A stretch of 64,000 nt of DNA from Eledone cirrhosa (Eukaryota), in the NCBI GenBank assembly GCA_964016885.1, contig OZ024743.1, forward strand, positions 83,018,001 to 83,082,000, read 5' to 3'. Of the stretch, positions 9,143 to 23,046 are shown in pieces; the stretch's first letter is position 1, and each line of letters opens with the position of its first letter. Both the position numbers and the translations under genes were made by a program. The notes beneath the pieces are model-generated. The model worked only from the letters and a program-made list of their open reading frames with translations, was not told the origin of the DNA and made no database searches.

Positions 9143-12100
9143 GGTGGTAGTGTTGTAGTGTCTGGTAGTGACGTAGTGTTTGGTAGTGGTGTAGTGTCTA
9201 GTAGACACTACACCTCTACCAAACACTATACCACTACCAGACACTACACCACTACCAGACACTACACCACTACCAGACACTACACCACTACCACACACTA
9301 CACCACTACCACACACTACACCATTACCAGACACTACACCACTACCACACACTACACCACTACCAGACACTACACCATTACCACACTTTACACCACTACC
9401 ACACACTACACCACTACCACACACTACACCTCTACCAAACACTATACCACTACCAGACACTACACCACTACCAGACACTACACCACTACCAGACACTACA
9501 CCACTACCACACACTACACCACTACCAGACACTACACCATTACCAGACACTACAGCACTACCAGACACTACACCACTACCAGACACTACACCACTGCCAC
9601 ACACTACACCACTACCAGACAATACACCACTACCACACACTACACCACTACCAGACACTACACCACTACCAGACACTACACGACTACCACACACTACACC
9701 ACTACCAGACAATACACCACTACCACACACTACACCACTACCAGACACTACACCACTACCAGACAATACACCACTACCACACACTACACCACTACCAGAC
9801 ACTACACCACTACCAGACACTACACCACTACCAGACACTACACCACTACCACACACTACACCACTACCACACACTACACCACTACCAGACAATACACCAC
9901 TACCACACACTACACCACTACCAGACACTACACCATTACCACACACTACACCACTACCAGACACTACACCACTACCTCACACTACACCACTACCAGACAC
10001 TACACCACTGCCACACACTACACCACTACCAGACACTACACCACTACCACACACTACACCACTACCAGACACTACACCATTACCACACTTTACACCACTA
10101 CCACACACTACACCACTACCACACACTACACCACTACCAGACACTACACCACTACCAGACACTACAGCACTACCAGACACTACACCATTACCAGACACTG
10201 CAACACTACCACACACTACACCACTACCACACACTACACCACTACCAGACACTACACCACTACCACACACTACACCACTACCAGACACTACACCACTACC
10301 AGACACTACACCACTACCAGACACTACACCTCTACCACACACTACACCACTACCAGACACTACACCACTACCACACACTACACCACTACCACACACTACA
10401 CCACTACCAGACACTACACCACTGCCACACACTACACCACTACCAGACACTACACCACTACCAGACACTACACCACTACCACACACTACACCACTACCAG
10501 ACACTACACCACTACCAGACACTACACCACTACCAGACACTACACCACTACCACACACTACACCACTACCAGACACTACAGCACTACCAGACACTACACC
10601 ATTACCAGACACTGCAACACTACCACACACTACACCACTACCAGACACTACACCACTACCACACACTACACCACTACCACACACTACACCACTACCAGAC
10701 ACTACACCACTACCACACACTACACCACTACCAGACACTACACCACTACCACACACTACACCACTACCAGACACTACACCACTACCACACACTACACCAC
10801 TACCACACACTACACCACTACCAGACACTATCCCTCTACCAGACACTACACCACTACCAGACACTACACCACTACCAGACACTACACCACTACCAGACAC
10901 TACACTACTACCAGACACTACACCGCTACCAGACACTACACCACTACCAGACACTACACCACTACCAGACACTACACCACTACCAGACACTACACCACTA
11001 AAAGACACTACACCATTACCAGACACTGCAACACTACCACACACTACACCACTACCACACACTGCAACACTACCAGACACTACACCATTACCAGACACTA
11101 CACCACTACCACACACTACACCACTACCACACACTACACCACTACCAGACACTACACCACTACAACACACTACACCACTACCACACACTACACCACTACC
11201 ACACACTAGACCACTACCAAACACTACACCACTACCACACACTACACCACTACCAGACACTACACCACTACCACACACTACACCACGACCAGACACTACA
11301 CCACTACCACACACTACACCACTACCAGACACTACACCACTACCAGACACTACACCACTACCACACACTACACCACTACCAGACACTACACCACTACCAG
11401 ACACTACACCACTACCACACACTACACCACTACCACACACTACACCACTACCAGACACTACACCACTACCACACATTACACAACTACCACACACTACACC
11501 ACTACCAGACACTACACCACTACCAGACACTACACCACTACCACACACTAAACCACTACCAGACACTACACCACTACCAGACACTACACCACTACCAGAC
11601 ACTACACCACTACCACACACTACACCACTACCAGACACTACACCACTACCAGACACTACACCACTACCAGACACTACACCACTACCAGACACTACACCAC
11701 TACCAGACATTACACCACTACCAGACACTACACCACTACCAGACACTACACCACTACCACACACTACACCAGTACCAGACACTACACCACTACCAGACAC
11801 TACACCACTACAACACACTACACCACTACCACACACTACACCACTACCACACACTAGACCACTACCAGACACTACACCACTACCACACACTACACCACTA
11901 CCAGACACTACACCACTACCAGACACTACACCACTACCACACACTACACCACGACCAGACACTACACCACTACCACACACTACATCACTACCAGACACTA
12001 CACCACTACCAGACACTACACCACTACCACACACTACACCACTACCAGACACTACACCACTACCAGACACTACACCACTACCACACACTACACCACTACC

Positions 12101-15100
12101 ACACACTACACCACTACCAGACACTACACCACTACCACACATTAAACAACTACCACACACTACACCACTACCAGACACTACACCACTACCAGACACTACA
12201 CCACTACCACACACTAAACCACTACCACACACTACACCACTACCACACACTACACCACTACCAGACACTACACCACTACCAGACACTACACCATTACCAG
12301 ACACTGCAACACTACCACACACTACACCACTACCACACACTGCAACACTACCAGACACTACACCATTACCAGACACTACACCACTACCACACACTAGACC
12401 ACTACCAGACACTACACCACTACCACACACTACACCAGTACCAGACACTACACCACTACCAGACACTACACCACTACCAGACACTACACCACTACCACAC
12501 ACTACACCAGTACCAGACACTACACCACTACCAGACACTACACCACTACAACACACTACACCACTACCACACACTACACCACTACCACACACTAGACCAC
12601 TACCAGACACTACACCACTACCACACACTACACCACTACCAGACACTACACCACTACCAGACACTACACCACTACCACACACTACACCACGACCAGACAC
12701 TACACCACTACCACACACTACACCACTACCAGACACTACACCACTACCAGACACTACACCACTACCACACACTACACCACTACCAGACACTACACCACTA
12801 CCAGACACTACACCACTACCACACACTACACCACTACCACACACTACACCACTACCAGACACTACACCACTACCACACATTACACAACTACCACACACTA
12901 CACCACTACCAGACACTACACCACTACCAGACACTACACCACTACCACACACTAAACCACTACCAGACACTACACCACTACCACACACTACACCACTACC
13001 AGACACTACACCACTACCAGACACTACACCACTACCAGACACTACACCACTACCACACACTACACCACTACCAGACACTACACTACTACCACACACTACA
13101 CCACGACCAGACACTACACCACTACCACACACTACACCACTACCAGACACTACACCACTACCAGACACTACACCACTACCACACACTACACCACTACCAG
13201 ACACTACACCACTACCAGACACTACACCACTACCACACACTACACCACTACCACACACTACACCACTACCAGACACTACACCACTACCACACATTACACA
13301 ACTACCACACACTACACCACTACCAGACACTACACCACTACCAGACACTACACCACTACCACACACTAAACCACTACCAGACACTACACCACTACCACAC
13401 ACTACACCACTACCAGACACTACACCACTACCAGACACTACACCACTACCAGACACTACACCACTACCAGACACTACACCACTACCAGACATTACACCAC
13501 TACCAGACACTACACCACTACCAGACACTACACCACTACCACACACTACACCAGTACCAGACACTACACCACTACCAGACACTACACCACTACAACACAC
13601 TACACCACTACCACACACTACACCACTACCACACACTAGACCACTACCAGACACTACACCACTACCACACACTACACCACTACCAGACACTACACCACTA
13701 CCAGACACTACACCACTACCACACACTACACCACGACCAGACACTACACCACTACCACACACTACATCACTACCAGACACTACACCACTACCAGACACTA
13801 CACCACTACCACACACTACACCACTACCAGACACTACACCACTACCAGACACTACACCACTACCACACACTACACCACTACCACACACTACACCACTACC
13901 AGACACTACACCACTACCACACATTAAACAACTACCACACACTACACCACTACCAGACACTACACCACTACCAGACACTACACCACTACCACACACTAAA
14001 CCACTACCAGACACTACACCACTACCACACACTACACCACTACCACACACTACACCACTACCAGACACTACACCACTACCAGACACTACACCATTACCAG
14101 ACACTGCAACACTACCACACACTACACCACTACCACACACTGCAACACTACCAGACACTACACCATTACCAGACACTACACCACTACCACACACTAGACC
14201 ACTACCAGACACTACACCACTACCACACACTACACCAGTACCAGACACTACACCACTACCAGACACTACACCACTACCAGACACTACACCACTACCACAC
14301 ACTACACCAGTACCAGACACTACACCACTACCAGACACTACACCACTACAACACACTACACCACTACCACACACTACACCACTACCACACACTAGACCAC
14401 TACCAGACACTACACCACTACCACACACTACACCACTACCAGACACTACACCACTACCAGACACTACACCACTACCACACACTACACCACGACCAGACAC
14501 TACACCACTACCACACACTACACCACTACCAGACACTACACCACTACCAGACACTACACCACTACCACACACTACACCACTACCAGACACTACACCACTA
14601 CCAGACACTACACCACTACCACACACTACACCACTACCACACACTACACCACTACCAGACACTACACCACTACCACACATTACACAACTACCACACACTA
14701 CACCACTACCAGACACTACACCACTACCAGACACTACACCACTACCACACACTAAACCACTACCAGACACTACACCACTACCACACACTACACCACTACC
14801 AGACACTACACCACTACCAGACACTACACCACTACCAGACACTACACCACTACCAGACACTACACCACTACCAGACATTACACCACTACCAGACACTACA
14901 CCACTACCAGACACTACACCACTACCACACACTACACCAGTACCAGACACTACACCACTACCAGACACTACACCACTACAACACACTACACCACTACCAC
15001 ACACTACACCACTACCACACACTAGACCACTACCAGACACTACACCACTACCACACACTACACCACTACCAGACACTACACCACTACCAGACACTACACC

Positions 15101-17545
15101 ACTACCACACACTACACCACGACCAGACACTACACCACTACCACACACTACACCACTACCAGACACTACACCACTACCAGACACTACACCACTACCACAC
15201 ACTACACCACTACCAGACACTACACCACTACCAGACACTACACCACTACCACACACTACACCACTACCACACACTACACCACTACCAGACACTACACCAC
15301 TACCACACATTACACAACTACCACACACTACACCACTACCAGACACTACACCACTACCAGACACTACACCACTACCACACACTAAACCACTACCAGACAC
15401 TACACCACTACCACACACTACACCACTACCAGACACTACACCACTACCAGACACTACACCACTACCAGACACTACACCACTACCAGACACTACACCACTA
15501 CCAGACATTACACCACTACCAGACACTACACCACTACCAGACACTACACCACTACCAAACACTACACCACTACCAGACACTACACCACTACCAGACACTA
15601 CACCAGTACCAGACACTACACCACTATCAGACACTACACCACTACCACACACTACACTACTACCACACACTACACCACTACCAGACACTACACCACTACC
15701 AGACACTACACCACTACCAGACACTACACCACTACCACACACTACACCAGTACCAGACACTACACCAATACCACACACTACACCACTACCAGACACTACA
15801 CCACTACCAGACACTACACCACTACCACACACTACACCACAACCACACACTACACCACTACCAGACACTACACCACTACCACACATTACACAACTACCAC
15901 ACACTACACCACTACCAGACACTACACCACTACCAGACACTACACCACTACCAGACACTACACCACTACCAGACACTACACCACTACCAGACATTACACC
16001 ACTACCAGACACTACACCACTACCAGACACTACACCACTACCAAACACTACACCACTACCAGACACTACACCACTACCAGACACTACACCAGTACAAGAC
16101 ACTACACCACTATCAGACACTACACCACTACCACACACTACACTACTACCACACACTACACCACTACCAGACACTACACCACTACCAGACACTACACCAC
16201 TACCAGACACTACACCACTACCACACACTACACCAGTACCAGACACTACACCAATACCACACACTACACCACTACCAGACACTACACACTACCACACACT
16301 ACACCACTACCAGACATTACACCACTACCACACACTACACCACTGCCAGACACTACACCACTACCAGACACTACACCACTGCCAGACACTACACCACTAC
16401 CACACACTACACCACTACCACACACTACACTACTACCACACACTACACCACTACCACTACCAGACACTACACTACTACCACACACTACACCACTACCAGA
16501 CACTACACCACTACCAGACACTACACCACTACCAGACACTACACCACTACCACACACTACACCACTACCAGACACTACACCACTACCACACACTACACCA
16601 CTACCAAACACTACACCACTACCAGACACTACACCACTACCACACACTACACCACTACCAGACACTACACCAGTACCAGACACTACACCACTACCAAACA
16701 CTACACCACTACCAGACACTACACCACTATCACACACTACACCAATACCAGAGACTACACCAATACCAGACACTACACCACTACCAGACACTACACCACT
16801 ACCAGACACTACACCACTACCAAACACTACACCACTACCAGACACTACACCACTACCACACACTACACCACTACCAGACACTACACCACTACCAGACACT
16901 ACACCAATACCACACACTACACCACTACCAGACACTACACCACTACCAGACACTACACCACTACCAGACACTACACCACTACCACACACTACACCACTAC
17001 CATACACTACACCATTACCACACTTTACACCACTACCAGACACTACAATACTCCCACACACTACACCACTACCAGACACTACACCACTACCAGACACTAC
17101 ACCACTACCAGACACTACACCATTACCAGGCACTGCAACACTACCACACACTACACCACTACCAGACACTACACCACTACCAGACACTACACCACTACCA
17201 CACACTAAACCATTACCAGACACTACACCACTACCAGACACTACACCACTACCAGACACTACACCACTACCAGACATTACACCACTACCAGACACTACAC
17301 CACTACCACACACTACACCACTACCACACACTACACCACTACCACACACTACACCACTACCAGACACTACTCCACTACCAGACACTACACCATTACCAGG
17401 CACTGCAGCACTACCACACACTACACCACTACCAGATACTACACCACTACCAGACACTACACCACTACCACACACTACACCACTACCACACACTACACCA
17501 CTACCAGACACTACACCACTACCACACACTACACCACTACCAGAC
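9143..17545. repeat. 18-bp satellite array 1 (~460 units of CCACTACCA[C/G]ACACTACA; first ~3 units inverted)
   Basis: Direct periodicity; 6-aa repeats in all open frames. Confidence 0.98.
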
Positions 17546-17850
17546 TATTAAATCTCTCCCAAGGTAACTCTTTCTCGTGTTGTTATTTTATTTTATCCTT
17601 TATACTCTTTCCTTCATTCTTCTACACATCTCATACACACCACGCATCTCAACGTACACCCACTTACATCTCTCTCTCCACCACCGGATCTTGTTACCCG
17701 GAGATTTACCGATTTGCATTGTCGAGGCTTCCAAACGACTTAAAGATATTCACTTATTATTCCACAATGCTTCAAGCAAACTTCAATACTCTCATATATA
17801 TATATATATATATACATACACAAACACACACATAGGTATAAGTAAGTATA

Positions 17851-18018
17851 CAGGTAAAATTCCGTTATAAAGAATACCATTATGACGAACTTTTCAGTAT
17901 AACGAAGTTTCTTTTCAATCCCGAGGACGCTCAATTTGTTTTGGACGACTTCGTTATAATTTTTCGTTAACAACGAACTTTTTTATACCTCGTGAATTTC
18001 GTTATAACTGAATTTCAC

Positions 18019-18020
<2 letters not shown>
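17851..18020. mobile_element. Tc1/mariner-pogo (Tigger-like) MITE; second copy 20182-20352 and an extra TIR at ~19126-19148
   Basis: TA|CAGGTAAAATTCCGTTATAA ... TTCGTTATAACTGAATTTCACTG imperfect TIRs with internal TTCGTTATAA repeats. Confidence 0.65.
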
Positions 18021-18050
<30 letters not shown>

Positions 18051-18852
18051 CACACACACACATATATATTTGAAAAAAGGGGTAAGGTTCTTTACAAAAG
18101 AGGTTATAGAAAAAAGTAAGAATGCGCGGAAATATATTTAAAGAATCTGTTTTCCTTCTTTGATCCGTCAAAGTGACATTGAAAAAAGAACTTTGTTTTT
18201 TAAAGGTGTTTTATAAAGTATATAAAATGTTACCGGTTTCGATGTAATCTATCTAATCAAATATTATAATTAAAATTGTTAAAAGAATTTAAAATTAAGT
18301 GTTGAAGAAGGTCTGTAGAGATAAGCCGGTGGCTTTAAACAATGTTTCATTTCCTTTACTGTAGGTCTGGTGACCGTAAGAATGTTACACTATATATAAT
18401 ACACCCCATGATAGCTTTTACATGTCAATTTCATACATCTGCCTCATGTCAGCTAGTTTTGCACGCTAAAGTCGTAGATATACTATGTTTCTTACTTAGA
18501 TTGATGTTGTGATTATTTCAAATAATTTATTGCTAGCATTGTTAGTATTGTTGTTATTGTTCTGATTGAATGCTTGTTAGCTATTGTCAGCACCGTATAC
18601 CTTTCTGCCAGATGGTTGAACGTCCGAAAGTATATACTTTCCTTATGAAAATTAACGGCTATAATGACCCAACAGAGCTCTCTATGACGACAACCCTTAT
18701 ACGGGAGACGTTTGCTTTACAAGGACGAGATTCGACGTTTGATCCCATTGTATGTCACCTTAGATCAGAGGCTCTCAAATTTTTGGGGCCACCTCCCCAC
18801 TCAGCATAATACCCTCAGCGCCCCCACCCCTATTTCCGGAGAAATACGCAAA

Positions 18853-18950
18853 GGTTAACTTTGCTTTTCATCCTTACGGGGTCGATAAAATATAGTACCA
18901 GTAATACACTGGGATAATTGCTGGCCTTGTGCCAAAAGTAGAAACAATTA
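18853..18950 (+). mobile_element. SINE 3' part (Meta-domain-like)
   Basis: TTTCATCCTTACGGGGTCGATAAAATA..GTACCAG core and tail shared with 49062-49237. Confidence 0.75.
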
Positions 18951-19786
18951 ATTGATTAATTTATATATAACATTATATATATTTTTATTTTACTATATTT
19001 ATATATATACGTATCATTTGATATTTAATTTACTATTATATCATATGCATACAATACTATAATAATATCATAAATGATAAATTCATGGCGTCCCCCAATC
19101 CGAATTTTGTTTATACCCCGCGCATTTCGTTATAACGGAATTTCACTGTAGCAGATGTTGAGAATGGTAGAGTTCAAATTACTTTGAGGAAGAAGCAAAT
19201 TTGAATTGATGGAATGAGTACAGCACGGAAAAGAAAAGTCACGTGTCAATCGGTCCCATGATTCATTTGTGACAACATTTTTGCCACCATGATTTATTTA
19301 AAACGACATTTTTATTCCCACCATTCTTTTGAAACGCAACTTTTATCCATCATTGTGAAGAAACGCAAAAGAAAAAAAAAGGAATACTTAAAGCCATAAT
19401 AAACGGTAATTAATTATTGTATCAATTAATTATAGAATGTATATAAATTTTAACAGTATATATGTGTCTGTGTGTGTATATATATATGTGTATTTAAAAT
19501 GCTGGAGAGAACAACAAAGATTTATGAATACATATATATTTATTGGCTGACAAGTTGTCTCTATTGGCTAGTAATCTGCATAACCAATCATTTTTCTTTC
19601 CTCCTGATTCGCTTACTTGCTATTTACTCTGCTTATATATATATATGTATGTATACATATCTCTCCAAGATGACCGCTTCAATACGCAAATGTAAATTTT
19701 TACCTCCACAATTCTTTTCTCATTTTCCCCTGTTCCTTCCTCTTATCGCCCTTTACTTTCTAATTTCTTCTATTTTCTAACCCTCT

Positions 19787-19824
19787 AACTTGTGATGAAG
19801 GACTAGTGTCCGAAATATTAAGAC
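19787..19824 (+). ncRNA. Decayed minimal hammerhead-like motif
   Basis: GTGATGA-A-GGAC tagt GTCC-GAAA-TATTA; C3 is mutated and stem I is poor. Confidence 0.4.
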
Positions 19825-19934
19825 GCTCTTCTTGCTACTTCAAGTGTTAAACTAATACATTTCTTCCATGTACTATACCGTCTGTTTTGTTATTTCTGTT
19901 TACCTTTTATATATATATATATATATATATATAA

Positions 19935-19978
<44 letters not shown>

Positions 19979-20086
19979 TACGTATTTCTGTAGAAAAGGT
20001 AAAGGGAAGAAGCGTGCTCTATGTATAGTACAAAGGTATTTAATTACATAATAAACAACATAATATAATTATTCCATTGCCAAAGG

Positions 20087-20151
<65 letters not shown>

Positions 20152-21278
20152 CATACACACACATAGGTATAAGTATGTATACAGATAAAATTCCGTTATA
20201 AAGAATACCATTATGACGAACTTTTCAGTATAACGAAATTTCTTTTCAATCCCCGAGGACGCTCAATTTGTTTTGGACGACTTCATTATAATATTTCGTT
20301 AACAACGAACTTTTTTATACCTCGTGAATTTCGTTATAACTGAATTTCACTGTGTGTGTGTGTGTGTGTGTATATACACACACACACACACATATATATT
20401 TGAAAAAAGGGGTAAGGTTCTTTACAAAAGAGGTTATAGAAAAAGGTAAGAATGCGCGGAAATATATTTAAAGAATCTGTGACATTGAAAAAAGAACTTT
20501 GTTTTTTAAAGGTGTTTTATAAAGTATATAAAATGTTACCGGTTTCGATGTAATCTATCTAATCAAATATTATAATTAAAATTGTTAAAAGAATTTAAAA
20601 TTAAGTGTTGAAGAAGGTCTGTAGAGATAAGCCGGTGGCTTTAAACAATGTTTCATTTCCTTTACTGTAGGTCTGGTGACCGTAAGAATCTTACACTATA
20701 TATAATACACCCCATGATAGCTTTTACATGTCAATTTCATACATCTGCCTCATGTCAGCTAGTTTTACACGCTAAAGTCGTAGATATACTATGTTTCTTA
20801 CTTAGATTGATGTTGTGATTATTTCAAATAATTTATTGCTAGCATTGTTAGTATTGTTGTTATTGTTCTGATTGAATGCCATTACTATATATAGAAGCCA
20901 TGCCTGTATATTCCTTTCATTCTCACAAGCTCTGATGAATTGACTGGCTACAACTATGTATTGGTGATCGAATCACGTGAAAACAAGCGGGTAGCGATCT
21001 CTAGACCTACCAGTTCAGAGAAACAATTGTCAGCAATGAGATTAAAAACCTTTTTTGTATAGCAAACCGTGTCACTCTTCTTTCCTGATTTATCATTACT
21101 CCAAGTGTTAACAACATAGGAATTACCGCGTACTCGTAGCATCACTATGGAAACGCCTTGTTGAGTCAAACCTAGCCAAGCGTTGATATCGTCCACTACT
21201 CGGAGTACCCTAACTGGACTACACATAAGTGGACTACCTATAACAATATTCTGTTACCCCGTATATATCTATATTTAT

Positions 21279-21477
21279 ATAGGAAAATGTTTAACCCCGA
21301 CGGCAGAGCTCAAGCCGTTCCGACGGCCATTACTGAACTCAGTCCAGTAATAGCCGTCGAAACGGCTTGAGCTCTGCCGTCGGGGTTAAACATTTTCCTA
21401 TTACCCACTCTACTACCCTAAGTATTGAGTACTCTGCTGCGTTATGGTCCATCTGGTTCCTTACCACACTTCCTTCG

Positions 21478-21479
<2 letters not shown>
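21279..21479 (+). mobile_element. Short hairpin-headed element beside (TA)n (copy 2)
   Basis: 21279-21401 is an almost complete palindrome; same tail as 5114-5190. Confidence 0.75.
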
Positions 21480-21519
<40 letters not shown>

Positions 21520-21834
21520 GTGTGTGGAAATATGTGTGTGTTGAAATATGTATGTGTGTATATATGTATGTGTATATATATATATGTACCCTCAGATATA
21601 TATTAACCTTATTCAATATTCTCCAGTATATAGAGAAAAATCCTGTCGTTCTATTTAGTTGCTAAAAATCTTTTTTGGTAGTGATCATAGACGGCTAGTC
21701 TACGATTTCCCGCCTTCACTATACACCAACGTATTTACGGGTCACTTTCACGACCTTTCAGACCTGTATTAGTTGGAGTGAGGTCATATATTTTATCGTT
21801 CCTGGGGGTTTTTAACCCTAGGATAGGAAAATGC

Positions 21835-21912
21835 TTCTCTGATGATCTTTGCTTTTCCATTAATATCCACGTGATATCTAATGTTTTGCAACGTGAAACT
21901 GTACAGTTAGGG
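21835..21912 (+). ncRNA. Putative type-I hammerhead ribozyme (partly decayed)
   Basis: TTCT-CTGATGA-TCTTTGC...GCAACGT-GAAA-CTGTACAG-TT-AGGG; palindromic stem III ACTGTACAGT. Confidence 0.55.
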
Positions 21913-22029
21913 CCATTTGAATAGGTAAATATTTATATTATATTTTTTAATTTTGATTAATTTTGATTGTATATTAATTTTGATTTATTTTGAAAAATTG
22001 GTTGAATTTTACTTGTTCTGCTTATCTTG

Positions 22030-22100
<71 letters not shown>

Positions 22101-22103
22101 CAC

Positions 22104-22496
22104 AATGTACAAAGCGAAACCTAGTCAGTAGGCACCTCTTAACCAAATATATACCCCATCCCACTACCCCTACTCCATCCAACCACTGCCACCAACACCA
22201 CCATTTCTCTGTAAAGTTATGTTGGTACCACAACATCCAGTCCAAACTGAGGTTGAGTAGGTGTCACGACAAAAAAACACAGTGCACGCTGTAATGTGGC
22301 CGTGTAGGTAACACGGTAAAAACCTTCCAGTTCCACACTGTAAATGTGGTTGGTGTTAGGAAGGGGATCCAGCCATAGAAAACCTGCCAGTCCTATACGA
22401 GCGAGACATGGTCACCCGACCAATCTTGCCTCAAGTGGGACAATTCCCATCTAAACCCATGCTAGCGTGGAAGACAGACGTTAAACGATGATGATG
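22104..22496 (+). mobile_element. RTE LINE 3' UTR-only copy with (GAT)n tail
   Basis: Matches 31740-32129 and ends GACGTTAAACGATGATGATG. A more diverged opposite-strand relative follows at ~22731-22990. Confidence 0.85.
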
Positions 22497-22512
22497 TTTG
22501 TATGTATGTTTA

Positions 22513-22581
<69 letters not shown>

Positions 22582-22604
22582 ATGTGTGTATATGTGTGTG
22601 TATG

Positions 22605-22649
<45 letters not shown>

Positions 22650-23046
22650 ATATGTGTGTGTATATATATATATATATATGTGTGTGTATATATATATGTG
22701 TGTGTGTGTATATATATATGTGTGTATATATCATCATCATCACTGTTTTACGTCCGTTCTTCCATGTTAGCATGGGTTAGACGGGTTGTCCTGTTGTGGG
22801 CAGTGTCTGGTCGGTTGACCATGCTTGCTCATACAGGAACTGATTTCGGCTTGATTTCTACAGCTGGATGCCCTTCCTAACACCAACCTCATTTACAGTT
22901 AGTGCTGGGTGCTTTTTCCGTGGCGCCTACTCGTCCACTTTACAGTGTGGGCTGGGTGCTTTTTTGCCGTGGCACCTCCACGACCACTTTGCAATATGTA
23001 TATGTATATATATGTATATATATGTATATATATGTATATATATATA

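Larger units (their letters stand above)
17810..20879 (+). repeat. Direct ~760-bp duplication (17810-18573 and ~20145-20879)
   Basis: Near-identical sequence; the second copy lacks ~24 bp after AAGAATCTGT. Confidence 0.92.

Noticed and set aside
9062-17529. GSGVVS/GSGVVC repeat ORFs (up to 2101 aa) and the 689-aa HYTTTR ORF
   Set aside because: These are automatic translations of the satellite; one minus frame is stop-free by unit composition.
9202-17545. CRISPR array or telomeric repeat
   Set aside because: No unique spacers and a eukaryotic context; the unit is not TTAGGG-like and the array is interstitial.
20928-20997. Hammerhead-like CTGATGA...GAAA
   Set aside because: Stems II and III do not pair convincingly.
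22488-22880. YIYI/CVCV ORFs here and at other (TA)n/(TG)n tracts
   Set aside because: Dinucleotide microsatellite translations.
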